Shown piece by piece: positions 52,102 through 60,994 of a stretch of DNA of 64,000 nt. Below the pieces are notes generated by a model. That model was not told the origin of the DNA. It saw only the letters and a program-made list of their open reading frames with translations, and ran no database searches. Location of the stretch: positions 10,376-74,375 of the forward strand of contig JAPPOH010000008.1 of NCBI GenBank assembly GCA_028818155.1. The letters are read 5' to 3'. Each line of letters opens with the position of its first letter. The first letter of the stretch is position 1. The stretch is from Candidatus Woesearchaeota archaeon. GTDB taxonomy: Archaea; Nanobdellota; Nanobdellia; Woesearchaeales; UBA525. The translations under genes and the position numbers were made by a program.

Positions 52102-54882
52102 ATGAGTTTTAGCCCAAAATTGAGAGAAATGATTCAACAGCAGCTAAGTGAACAGCTAGCTGAGCAACGAGAAAAACTCGGCAGCTCATATAGGCCACTC
52201 CCTGAGTTCACACTTGGCGATCTAGTATTCTTGGACGCAGAAGGGAATGATCTTACAACACCTCCTGGCACATATGCATTCAGCGGCGGCACAGCGGATC
52301 TACATTGGGTGCGACTCAGACGTGATACCAAAGGTATGGATCCTGAGATGCCGCTACTTTTACGAAAACTGAATCAAGCATTTCGAGATGAATTAATGCT
52401 ATCAGCAGCACTTATAGACACAGAAGGGGAAGAAAACAGGTTTAGCTATAGGATTAGTGAGTGCATTGAGCAAAGACTTGTTGGAGAAACACTAGAACAT
52501 ATTCGAAACAAAGGCCTTGGTACGAGTGTTGCAGGTGGGTTTGATGAGTACGGACTCCCAATGACCATTGAGGAAAGGTTCCCACCAATGACGCTGAGTC
52601 GATACATTGTGGAACATGGAAATGAACAAAATCATATTCTTTACTTACTTGGAACTGCGATGCGTACAATGTCTGTCGCAAGTGAAAACGGCCTCCTTCA
52701 CAGAGATCTAAAATGTGGAAACATGATAGTGACGCGTCCAGGCATCGAACAGCGATTCGATTCATTCGAAGAAGCACTGACATTTGATGAACACACACCG
52801 CTAACAATAGTAATCGATTTCCATACGTCACGCCTCGCAAACGCAGCAATTATCGAAAAGACAACAACATACGCAGGCGTGGGATTTTCTGAAGTATATG
52901 CACCTCGAGTCATGGAACCAAAAAACAGGACGGGCGATGAGTCCGTTTCTGTGTTTAGGCGACCAGAGATCGATGGATTCTCTGAAGGGGTGGGAGCATC
53001 TATTGCGATGGGTGCATTCACATTTCCAGCAACGTACAGAAGAGAGTTAAACCCCGATGACCCGGAATCTCCTCCAGAAGAATTGTTCGTTGATGAAACT
53101 GAAACTCCATTCAGCAGTTACCTTGAGAAAGGTGAAATCACAATACAGAATGCAAGTATGCTGAGATCACAACTCAGGAGAAGCGGTGTCCTCAAACAAC
53201 GAGCAAAAGCGATTGGTGTGACGTTTCTAGATAGAGTTGTTGAGAAAATGATGCAGGAACAATGTACGCCACAACAAGTATTTGATCTCTACAGAAGAGT
53301 GTTCAGAGGAACTCTCAGAGATAAAGCGTATGTGTATGCGCAAACGTGGCGAGCACACTTCAACAGAAAACGACCAGAAGAAGATTTCGGTAAAGTAGTA
53401 AGTCCTCGTGAACGGAGAATGCTTGGTGCTACAGCACTCACACTAACAGCTAGCTGGCTACTATACACGTATGTTTCTTCTCTACCAGAAAAACATATCA
53501 GGGATATACTAGATGCAGGAACAGCGATAGCAGAAACTGGAAATTTCAATTCTCCGATTTTCAACAACGGAATCGGACAACATTACAGAGAAGGACTCCA
53601 TTATATGACGATGGCGCTAATTAGCGAAGGAGAACCGTTTCATCTATACGAAGAACTACCGAACGCACCACCAGATAGAAGAATTAAGACGTATCCACAA
53701 TCAATACCTATGGCGGGTGATGGCATCACACGCGCAGCTGCAGAACAGCGGCTTTCTGGAATTGAAACATGCGATCTTATCGCTGCGATAAGCAATGACC
53801 TTGCACTTAAACCAGGCAGTATTAACCGAGAAGAAACAGAGCTGCAGACAGGAGATAAGGAGCGACTTCTCGCTCTCCGCAGATTCGAACAACTTGTAGA
53901 GACGGTTCCGGACGTACGCGTGAATCACCTTGGTTGCACGCAATACGATGCATTCGCAAACGGACATGTTGCAGCCACTGCTGCAATCGCTACAGTGGTA
54001 CGTTTGTTCAACGGAGAGTATTGGGACAAACCTGCAAGAATCATCGGTAATGACCCTGAACTTGACGCGTGGACTGACAGAGCAATAGCTGGTGTCCTCG
54101 CAAGCGGTCTGTACACCCCGAGTTTACAATATGTCTTTCGACCAGACGGCATAGAAGATCTCATAGATGACATAGGTGCCAATAGAAAACACGCAGAAAC
54201 TACGCTGGAGGTACTGCCTGCGTACGGTAGCCAAACACTCGACACGTATCTTGCGATGTTATATACGAGTGGCATTTTTATCGAGAACACACTTCTCGCG
54301 AAAGGAGCAGAGGACGGCACACTCGTGGATGGCGAATTCATCCCAGTGAGTGGGTATCGGCACATACGAGATCGCTCAGATCTCAGTCTCGCGTATGCAA
54401 AACGAGTAGAAGCACTCAGCTTTACACTCTCTACTCTAGGAAGCGAACATGAACGCGCAACAAGAATTGGGAAACGCCTCGCGGACACGTACGGCCAGGC
54501 ATGGTATGAACAACAAGCTGAGATCATACGAGAACACACAACACGTTCCCCTGAAGAACTCACGCCCTGGATGGAGCACATGTATGCGACGTTCTCCAGA
54601 ATAAATGCTCAACTCGTGCAAAACGCACGTGCGAATGGTGTGCTGACTGATCCGGAACACGGCCCAACATATTTAGGGCATGCAAGAATGGCATTGGCAC
54701 AACTGTATGCAGGAGAAAGCCCGCTTGAAGCAATGCGCTCGCTAGCTGGTAAAATCGATTTATCCTCTAGAACTGGCATATTTCCCCCTGAGAACAATGG
54801 TGATGGCTCAAAGGGACTTCTGCAGGAAGGAACAGCCACATTTCGCTTTTTGCAGACACAAATACCATACCTCCCCAACTGA
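52102..54882 (+). CDS. protein with divergent eukaryotic-type kinase core, central TM-like segment and large C-terminal helical domain (926 aa)
   Basis: Catalytic-loop match GLLHRDLKCGNMIV (52699-52722 encodes HRDLKCGN), Mg-loop VIDFHTS (DFH instead of DFG), YAPRV in place of APE, and the hydrophobic stretch LGATALTLTASWLLYTYV. Confidence 0.6.
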   Translation: MSFSPKLREMIQQQLSEQLAEQREKLGSSYRPLPEFTLGDLVFLDAEGNDLTTPPGTYAFSGGTADLHWVRLRRDTKGMDPEMPLLLRKLNQAFRDELMLSAALIDTEGEENRFSYRISECIEQRLVGETLEHIRNKGLGTSVAGGFDEYGLPMTIEERFPPMTLSRYIVEHGNEQNHILYLLGTAMRTMSVASENGLLHRDLKCGNMIVTRPGIEQRFDSFEEALTFDEHTPLTIVIDFHTSRLANAAIIEKTTTYAGVGFSEVYAPRVMEPKNRTGDESVSVFRRPEIDGFSEGVGASIAMGAFTFPATYRRELNPDDPESPPEELFVDETETPFSSYLEKGEITIQNASMLRSQLRRSGVLKQRAKAIGVTFLDRVVEKMMQEQCTPQQVFDLYRRVFRGTLRDKAYVYAQTWRAHFNRKRPEEDFGKVVSPRERRMLGATALTLTASWLLYTYVSSLPEKHIRDILDAGTAIAETGNFNSPIFNNGIGQHYREGLHYMTMALISEGEPFHLYEELPNAPPDRRIKTYPQSIPMAGDGITRAAAEQRLSGIETCDLIAAISNDLALKPGSINREETELQTGDKERLLALRRFEQLVETVPDVRVNHLGCTQYDAFANGHVAATAAIATVVRLFNGEYWDKPARIIGNDPELDAWTDRAIAGVLASGLYTPSLQYVFRPDGIEDLIDDIGANRKHAETTLEVLPAYGSQTLDTYLAMLYTSGIFIENTLLAKGAEDGTLVDGEFIPVSGYRHIRDRSDLSLAYAKRVEALSFTLSTLGSEHERATRIGKRLADTYGQAWYEQQAEIIREHTTRSPEELTPWMEHMYATFSRINAQLVQNARANGVLTDPEHGPTYLGHARMALAQLYAGESPLEAMRSLAGKIDLSSRTGIFPPENNGDGSKGLLQEGTATFRFLQTQIPYLPN

Positions 54883-54886
54883 AGCC

Positions 54887-54895
54887 TTTTTAAAT
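54887..54895 (+). promoter_or_regulatory. TATA box (TTTTTAAAT) of topA
   Basis: Ends 22 nt before ATG 54918. Confidence 0.55.
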
Positions 54896-54917
54896 CATTG
54901 AGAATCCCCAAGCATAC

Positions 54918-57134
54918 ATGGCAAAGAAAGCTGGTCGCTACGAACTCATCATTTGTGAGAAACCGAGCACAGCAAGCAAGATTTCTACAGCCCTTGCTGA
55001 TGGCAAGCCTGTGAAAAAGACAGCGAACAAAGTCTCGTACTACGAATTAAGTCATGACAAGAAGGATGTGGTCGTCGCATCTGCTGTCGGCCATTTATAT
55101 ACCGTCGCTGAGAAGGAAAAATCATTCAAGTACCCGAGTTACGATGTGGAGTGGCGCTTGTCAGCTGATGTGGATAAAAACTCAGCATTCTCAAAGAAAT
55201 ACGCAACATTGCTGAAGAAATTGGCGAAAGACGCATCTTCTTTTACCGTTGCGACCGACTATGATATCGAGGGCGAGACGATTGGCCTGAATATCGTGAA
55301 ATATCTCTGTAAGCAGGAGGACGCGAACAGGATGAAATTCTCCACAGTGACTGCCGGTGACTTGCAGGAAGCTTACAAGGAGAAGAAACACACCCTTAAC
55401 TGGGGTCAGGCGAACGCTGGGACGACGAGACACGTCCTGGACTGGTTGTACGGCATTAATGTGAGTCGTGCGCTTACAACAGCAGTAAAGACCGCTGGCG
55501 GGTACATGACACTCTCCACTGGCCGTGTGCAAGGCCCCGCGCTCCGCATTGTGGTTGAGCGAGAGAAACTCATCAAGGCGTTCATTCCTGAAGATTATTG
55601 GCAGATCGAGCTGAGCGGGGAGAAAGATGGGAAAACCTGGCTCGCTTCGCACCAGGCGGACAAATTTGATCACGATCCGAAAGAAATTATTGAGAAATGT
55701 AAAGGAAAAGACGCATCCGTTGAGAAGATCGAGAGTAAGAACTCGAAGCAACAACCACCGAACCCGTTCGACCTCGGTAGCTTGCAGCGAGAATCGTACA
55801 GAGCCTTCGGTATTAAACCGAGTGCCACGCTCCGTATCGCTCAAGAACTGTACACGAACGCGTATATCTCCTATCCTCGTACCAGCAGCCAGAAATTGCC
55901 TGCGAAGCTCGGCTACAGAAAAGTTTTGCAAGCACTTGCAAAGAATGAAGCGTATGAGGAACAAACGAAGCTCTTGTTGGATAAGAAACTCCTCACGCCA
56001 AATGAAGGAAAGAAAGATGATCCAGCACACCCTGCTATCTACCCGACGGGCGTCATGCCGAAAAGTCTTGAGGGCCGTGAACTCAAGGTGTACGATCTTA
56101 TCGTGAAACGATTCTTCGCAACGTTCGGAGTAGCAGCAACACGAGAAACGAACACAGTATCTATCGTGATTGTAGACGAACAGTTTATCTTGAAAGGCAC
56201 TCGTACTATCGATCCAGGGTGGCACACACTGTATGCGCCGTACGTTGACTTGAAGGAAGAAGAACTTCCTGTGTTCAAACAAAAAGAACAGGTTGAGTAT
56301 GACAGTCTCGAATCACTGAAGAAACAGACAAAACCACCCAAGCGCTATACGCCATCGAGCCTGATCACAGCACTTGAGAAGCAAGGCCTTGGCACAAAGG
56401 CAACACGAGCAGATATTGTTGAAGCGTTGGCAAAACGAAACTACGTGAAAGGCTTGAAAAGTTATGAAGTGACTGAGCTCGGGATGAAGATTTTCGATAT
56501 TCTTGAGAGCAGTGCGCCAGAGATCGTGGATCAAGAGCTAACGAGACATTTCGAAGAAGAGATGGAGCACATCCGTGCACAAGAAAAAACGCCAGATGAC
56601 GTGATTAAAAAAGCGGAAGAAACACTGACAAAATTACTGAAGAACTTTAAGAAAACAGAGAAAACAACCGGTGAGTCGCTCTTAGAAGCACGGAAGATCG
56701 AGCAAGACACTGTGAATACATTATCTCCTTGTCCGAAATGTAAAGAAGGTATTTTGCGTATCATGTTCAGCAGGAAGACAAAGAGGCGTTTCATCGGTTG
56801 TGGCAAGTATCCTGATTGTGATGCGATTTTTTCCTTGCCGCAAGCAGGTATGGTTGAGAAATCAGATAACGTGTGTGAACATTGCTCATTTCCCATGGTC
56901 GCTATTACACAGAAGAGACGTGGGAAGAAAGATGAATGTATTAACCCAGAGTGTCCAGTGAAGAAGAAGGCTGAGGATGAACAGAAGGCAAAGGCGAAAG
57001 AGGCAGGCGAAGGGAGCACGTGTAAGAAATGCAATGAAGGGACGATGGTGTTGCGGAAATCCATGTATGGAATGTTTTTAGGGTGTGATAAGTACCCGAA
57101 GTGCAAGACAATCGTGAAGATTCCGAAGGAGTGA
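54918..57134 (+). CDS. topA: type IA DNA topoisomerase with three C-terminal zinc ribbons (738 aa)
   Basis: TOPRIM ELIICEKPS, DYDIEGE, the ISYPRTSS active-site Tyr block, and C-terminal CPKC..CGKYPDC, CEHC..NPEC, CKKC..CDKYPKC. Confidence 0.9.
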   Translation: MAKKAGRYELIICEKPSTASKISTALADGKPVKKTANKVSYYELSHDKKDVVVASAVGHLYTVAEKEKSFKYPSYDVEWRLSADVDKNSAFSKKYATLLKKLAKDASSFTVATDYDIEGETIGLNIVKYLCKQEDANRMKFSTVTAGDLQEAYKEKKHTLNWGQANAGTTRHVLDWLYGINVSRALTTAVKTAGGYMTLSTGRVQGPALRIVVEREKLIKAFIPEDYWQIELSGEKDGKTWLASHQADKFDHDPKEIIEKCKGKDASVEKIESKNSKQQPPNPFDLGSLQRESYRAFGIKPSATLRIAQELYTNAYISYPRTSSQKLPAKLGYRKVLQALAKNEAYEEQTKLLLDKKLLTPNEGKKDDPAHPAIYPTGVMPKSLEGRELKVYDLIVKRFFATFGVAATRETNTVSIVIVDEQFILKGTRTIDPGWHTLYAPYVDLKEEELPVFKQKEQVEYDSLESLKKQTKPPKRYTPSSLITALEKQGLGTKATRADIVEALAKRNYVKGLKSYEVTELGMKIFDILESSAPEIVDQELTRHFEEEMEHIRAQEKTPDDVIKKAEETLTKLLKNFKKTEKTTGESLLEARKIEQDTVNTLSPCPKCKEGILRIMFSRKTKRRFIGCGKYPDCDAIFSLPQAGMVEKSDNVCEHCSFPMVAITQKRRGKKDECINPECPVKKKAEDEQKAKAKEAGEGSTCKKCNEGTMVLRKSMYGMFLGCDKYPKCKTIVKIPKE

Positions 57135-57190
57135 GACAGTTTTAGTAACATCCGAAGAAGATTTAAACGATATACAGTTCCGGAGAAGGT

Positions 57191-57466
57191 ATGAACATCA
57201 TCGAGAATGAGAACTACGATTTGCAGCTGGACGACGCCGTGAAGCAAATCAAGGATCAAGAAGCGAAACGAGTATTACTCCAGCTTCCAGACGGTGTGAA
57301 ACCATACGCAGATCAGATTCAAGCAGGAATAAAAAAGGAATGTCCAGACGTTGAGCTCTTGCTCTGGGCGGATTCATGTTTCGGAGCGTGTGACGCCCCT
57401 ATTCACGTGAAGCATCTGGGTGTTGATCTTCTCTTAGCGTTCGGCCACGCGCCGTGGCGATCTTAA
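57191..57466 (+). pseudogene. dph2: truncated diphthamide synthase Dph2 fragment (91 codons of ~330 expected)
   Basis: ..AKRVLLQLPDGVKPYADQI..ELLLWADSCFGACDAP..GVDLLLAFGHAPWRS* aligns with the first ~90 residues of archaeal Dph2 (AKRVLIQxPEGL..YGACD..LIHxGHS). No continuation is found in any frame. A convergent gene starts 4 nt inside its stop. Confidence 0.7.
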
Positions 57467-57909
57467 CCAAGCACTCTTCGCACAACAGCAGCGTTCTCTG
57501 CCGCGTGTGGAAAGTCGCCTGCCGCATCGAAATGGGTGAGTGCTTCTTGCAACGTTGCCACAGCCTGCATACCATTCGTTTCAACAAACCGAGCATGGGC
57601 GACAAGGTTCTGCGCTAAATCAAAGTGCCACGCTGCGCGATCTTCAACGGTTAACAAGTACGTAAGATGCGTCACAGCGAGCTCATACCACTCCTCTTGG
57701 AACGAGAGCACAGCAAGATTCTCCCGTGCTTTGATATATGAACTATCAAGCGCAAGCGCTTGCTCAAATGCTGCTTTCGCAGCCTCTTCGTGTCCTTCGG
57801 CAGCAAGATGGTAGCCGAGGTTGTTGAAAAACGCAGGATTCTCGATCGGTGTTGCTGTACCCAGCCCTACAATAAGTAAAAAAAGAAAAAGAAAAGCAAG
57901 TTTTTTCAT
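57463..57909 (-). CDS. exported TPR-repeat protein (148 aa)
   Basis: Signal peptide MKKLAFLFLFLLIVGLGTA, then TPR-like helices (AAKAAFEQALALDSSYIKARENLAVL). Confidence 0.6.
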   Translation of the reverse strand: MKKLAFLFLFLLIVGLGTATPIENPAFFNNLGYHLAAEGHEEAAKAAFEQALALDSSYIKARENLAVLSFQEEWYELAVTHLTYLLTVEDRAAWHFDLAQNLVAHARFVETNGMQAVATLQEALTHFDAAGDFPHAAENAAVVRRVLG

Positions 57910-57921
57910 GGTAACTCCCCC

Positions 57922-58869
57922 TTATAGCTTCACGAGTTTCGTCGCGCTAATCGTCTTATCATTGATTTTATCTCCCAAGCTGTCGTACAAGTACATGGAG
58001 ACGACAAAGTCATCGCCGACACTGTAGTCACCAGACTCTCGTACAGAGAACGTTCCATCTAATGATTCAGCTTCACTGATCGATTTCCCTGCTTTGACGC
58101 CATTCGTTGCAAACTCAGCATATGGGTCGTCGCAATCGGACGCTTCACCAAGTTGGTTAAGACAGTGTACGTTGCGCTTGTCGCGAAGAATAAGCTCTGC
58201 GCGGAAGTTACTGAAGTCTTCGCCAAGGCCATTCGTGATCGTATATGCGATCTTCGTCACTTTCGCGGTGCTGCCAACGGGCTCAGTCCACACTTGTGTG
58301 ATTTCGAGCTGCAGTTTTCCTGTGAGCTCAGGTTCCGCTTCATTCGTACACTTGCCGCTTGTACAGTATGCTGCCGAGCAGTCCAATGCTGTATCGCATG
58401 ACTCGCCAGCTGCGCATTTGCCACATGAACCACCGCAATCGACGTCCGTTTCGTCCTGGTTCTTCACGCCATCATCACACGAGTCTTCATTTGATGGTGC
58501 AGGGACATCTGCTTGTGCAGCGACTGCTGCGTCAATTGCATCTTGCAAAACGTCCATTTGCGCTGCGAGATCCTCAGCAGTTGCCTCATCCTCAATGAGT
58601 GTTTTCAGTGAGGCAAGTTCGTTTTCTAATGTTTCAACGACGTCAGCGCTAATTTCTCCTTGTACGTCCGTCACAAGGTCCTCTGCCACCGTAACGAGTG
58701 AGTTTGCTTGTTCGACTTCGACAGTTGCAGTCTCTGCTGTTTCGACAGTTTTCTCGTCGCTCGTCCACGCGAAGAACAAGAGAATCGCGAGTACCAGGAT
58801 AAGGACCCAGTAAATGATTCGTTCGATGTATATTGGCTTGATTGTTAGGGTAATACGGGCTTCGTCCAT
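57922..58869 (-). CDS. membrane-anchored surface protein with a Cys-rich CDDG..DCGGSCGKC module (315 aa)
   Basis: N-terminal TM helix IIYWVLILVLAILLFFAW, an acidic coiled region, SCDDGVKNQDETDVDCGGSCGKCAAGESCDTALDCSAAYCTSGKC, then a beta-rich C-terminal domain. Confidence 0.65.
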   Translation of the reverse strand: MDEARITLTIKPIYIERIIYWVLILVLAILLFFAWTSDEKTVETAETATVEVEQANSLVTVAEDLVTDVQGEISADVVETLENELASLKTLIEDEATAEDLAAQMDVLQDAIDAAVAAQADVPAPSNEDSCDDGVKNQDETDVDCGGSCGKCAAGESCDTALDCSAAYCTSGKCTNEAEPELTGKLQLEITQVWTEPVGSTAKVTKIAYTITNGLGEDFSNFRAELILRDKRNVHCLNQLGEASDCDDPYAEFATNGVKAGKSISEAESLDGTFSVRESGDYSVGDDFVVSMYLYDSLGDKINDKTISATKLVKL

Positions 58870-58872
58870 CGG

Positions 58873-59985
58873 TTACCTCTTTTTCTTTTTTTCGCCGAGA
58901 AGATCGGCAATGAGTTTGTCATCTTTTGTTTTCCTTTTTTTCTTTGGCTTCTTTTCTTCCACGACAACCACTTCATCAGGTTCATCATTCGCTGTCGTTT
59001 CTATAATTTCCGAGAGCATGTCAGCATCATGTTGTGTTTCTTCGGAGAGCGGCTCAATAGCAACTGGCGCTTCTTTCTTCTTGACCGTTCTGACAGGCGG
59101 TCGAGGTTCTTTTGTAGTGCCCGGCTCTGGTTGCTCATCAGCAACTTCCATATCTTCTCCACCGCGCTGGATCTTGATACTGAACAACCTACCACGCCGC
59201 TCCGCGGAGATCACTTTCGCGGGTGGCTCAGGAAGTTCTGTGACTTTCAAGCTGAGCTCAATCGCTTTGTCGCGTGTGATATGCAAGAGCTTCTTCGGAT
59301 TGTGATTCGCTTTTTTGATGAGCTTCTCGAGTTCTTTTTCTTTGAAAGGAAAGATACCCACACTCCCCGCACCTTCAATGCGGTACTTGATCATATCCAT
59401 GAGGTTCTCTTTTGTGTATTCTTTGATCGTCACTTTGAGTTTATCTTCAAACATCCCGCTGAGACCAAGTTTCTTGAGGTTAGCCTTCGTGTCAGCGAAC
59501 AAGATGTGTGTTGGTGTCTTCGTCATGATGCTCGCGAGTAATTGTGAAGCCTCTTTGCTCAAGTTCGATGCGTTATCAATCAGTAACACATGGTTGTTTT
59601 TCGCGAGTTTCACGATAAGTTTTTCGTACTTTGCCTCTGCAGGTTTTTTGAGGAGAGATGATCTCGTGAAGAAGGAAAAATTTTCCCTGACGAACGCGTC
59701 AAGCAGCTTTGTTTGTGTGCCATGGTACTTTGCGTTCAGATAGTGCGCTTTGTTCTTACCACTACGTTCGAGCTCTTCTGCGATCCACTCGAGAAAGGTG
59801 CTCTTTCCCATGCCTTCTTCAGCAGCTACTGTGCCGAATTGCTGGTTCTTAATGAGAAAGAGGTTGAACTTCTCCTGTACGGGCTTCGTGCCAACAATGT
59901 AATCTCGCACAGGGTGTTTTACTTCCTCTGCGAACGGATCTTCTGTATAGCCGAGTTTCTTCTTCCAGTCAAGGACTAATGCCAC
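58873..59985 (-). CDS. AAA-type ATPase with a Lys/Glu-rich C-terminal tail (370 aa)
   Basis: GTG start preceded by GAGGGGT. Walker A AAEEGMGKSTFL and Walker B HVLLIDNAS. The tail is ..EEKKPKKKRKTKDDKLIADLLGEKKKKR. Confidence 0.6.
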   Translation of the reverse strand: MALVLDWKKKLGYTEDPFAEEVKHPVRDYIVGTKPVQEKFNLFLIKNQQFGTVAAEEGMGKSTFLEWIAEELERSGKNKAHYLNAKYHGTQTKLLDAFVRENFSFFTRSSLLKKPAEAKYEKLIVKLAKNNHVLLIDNASNLSKEASQLLASIMTKTPTHILFADTKANLKKLGLSGMFEDKLKVTIKEYTKENLMDMIKYRIEGAGSVGIFPFKEKELEKLIKKANHNPKKLLHITRDKAIELSLKVTELPEPPAKVISAERRGRLFSIKIQRGGEDMEVADEQPEPGTTKEPRPPVRTVKKKEAPVAIEPLSEETQHDADMLSEIIETTANDEPDEVVVVEEKKPKKKRKTKDDKLIADLLGEKKKKR

Positions 59986-60046
59986 GTCTACCCCTCTACA
60001 CGTTCTTGACGAGAGTTTTTAAAGGTTTTGTAAGAAATCGAGGAGA

Positions 60047-60793
60047 TTATTCCTTCTTCTCGTCTTTTTTCGCCGCTTTCTTCTTTGCGGGCTTCTTCGG
60101 CGTTTCTTCATCAACGCTCGCGGCAGCAGCTGCAGATGCCATTTGCTCACGTTTCTTTTCTTCTTCTTGCACTTCCTTCTGCATGAGCTCTTGCATCTCC
60201 TGCGTGAGCGCTCTGTCTTCTGGAAGGACAACTATTTCTTTGATATCTGCCGTACGGACGGGATGCGTCTTGCTGCAAACATCTCTGAGGAGCTTTTGCG
60301 TTTTCATCTCAATAATATCTTTAATGATCGTGTCAAACTGCATCTTCTCATAGAGGTCTCGCAGCTGTTTTCTGACAGTAAGTCTGATCTCAGTCTGCGC
60401 AGCCTTACTCGTTCTGGTCTTCGTGACCAACATTGGCTTGACACGGACTAATCTGCCGCCAGCAATACGAAGGACAAAGCTATCCGCGATCTTATCGCGA
60501 TTTCTCCTGATGAGGCGTTTCGTCGCTTGCGGGTTCATACCCATCGCGATGACTTGGGTCTGAGCCTTGCCATCTTTCACGTCTGTGACGTCAAACCGGA
60601 CACTGTACCCTTGTTTTCTCGGATCATCTGTGAGCGTCATGAGATTGAGCGTGACGCTCTTCGTTTTGACTGCTTCAGAATCGGTGACGTGTGTCTCACC
60701 GAGGAGCGTGTGATTAAAAGAGGCTGGCGCATGAATTGGAAGCCAGTGCTTCTTCTTCGTTTTTGCCTTCTGCTTCGTCTGTACTTTTGCCAT
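60047..60793 (-). CDS. rps3ae: 30S ribosomal protein S3Ae (eS1) with a Lys/Ala/Glu-rich C-terminal extension (248 aa)
   Basis: KKKHWLPIHAPASFNHTLLGET..RFDVTDVKDGKAQT..RLVRVKPMLVTK, the typical eS1 blocks. The extra ~45-aa tail is ..EEEKKREQMASAAAAASVDEETPKKPAKKKAAKKDEKKE. Confidence 0.9.
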   Translation of the reverse strand: MAKVQTKQKAKTKKKHWLPIHAPASFNHTLLGETHVTDSEAVKTKSVTLNLMTLTDDPRKQGYSVRFDVTDVKDGKAQTQVIAMGMNPQATKRLIRRNRDKIADSFVLRIAGGRLVRVKPMLVTKTRTSKAAQTEIRLTVRKQLRDLYEKMQFDTIIKDIIEMKTQKLLRDVCSKTHPVRTADIKEIVVLPEDRALTQEMQELMQKEVQEEEKKREQMASAAAAASVDEETPKKPAKKKAAKKDEKKE

Positions 60794-60816
60794 TCATGCT
60801 CAGAATCCCCAGTTTG

Positions 60817-60824
60817 TTTATAAA
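60817..60824 (-). promoter_or_regulatory. TATA box (CTTTATAAAC context) of rps3ae
   Basis: Lies 23 nt upstream of ATG 60793. Confidence 0.55.
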
Positions 60825-60965
60825 GGTTGTGGGTGGCTGGCGACGATGCGAGGATGTTTGTTGGTGCAATTGCACAGGTGTGGCAGCACCGCACAACGTT
60901 CGCCTGCTGTTTGGCATCGCTCGAATACCACCCCAGGAAGATCGCTGGAAAAAGCAGCACAGTCC

Positions 60966-60973
60966 TTTTAAAC
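60966..60973 (+). promoter_or_regulatory. TATA box (TTTTAAAC) of the proCAB operon
   Basis: Ends 21 nt before ATG 60995. Confidence 0.5.
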
Positions 60974-60994
60974 ACAGCTCTATTCTCTTTTCGC

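Noticed and set aside
54901-54910. Identical 10-mer AGAATCCCCA downstream of the topA TATA box and again at 60802-60811 near the rps3ae promoter.
   Set aside because: Many identical 10-mer pairs are expected by chance in 64 kb, and the two copies are in opposite orientation relative to their genes.
55191-56282. Long antisense ORFs: 363 aa inside topA, and similar ones at 9986-10690, 31732-32607, 53925-54581, 58094-58813, 61692-62345 and 62915-63736.
   Set aside because: Each is antisense to a gene with strong motif support, and each has biased, low-complexity or Cys/Ser/Arg-rich composition. They are probably by-products of codon usage that depletes stop codons on the opposite strand.
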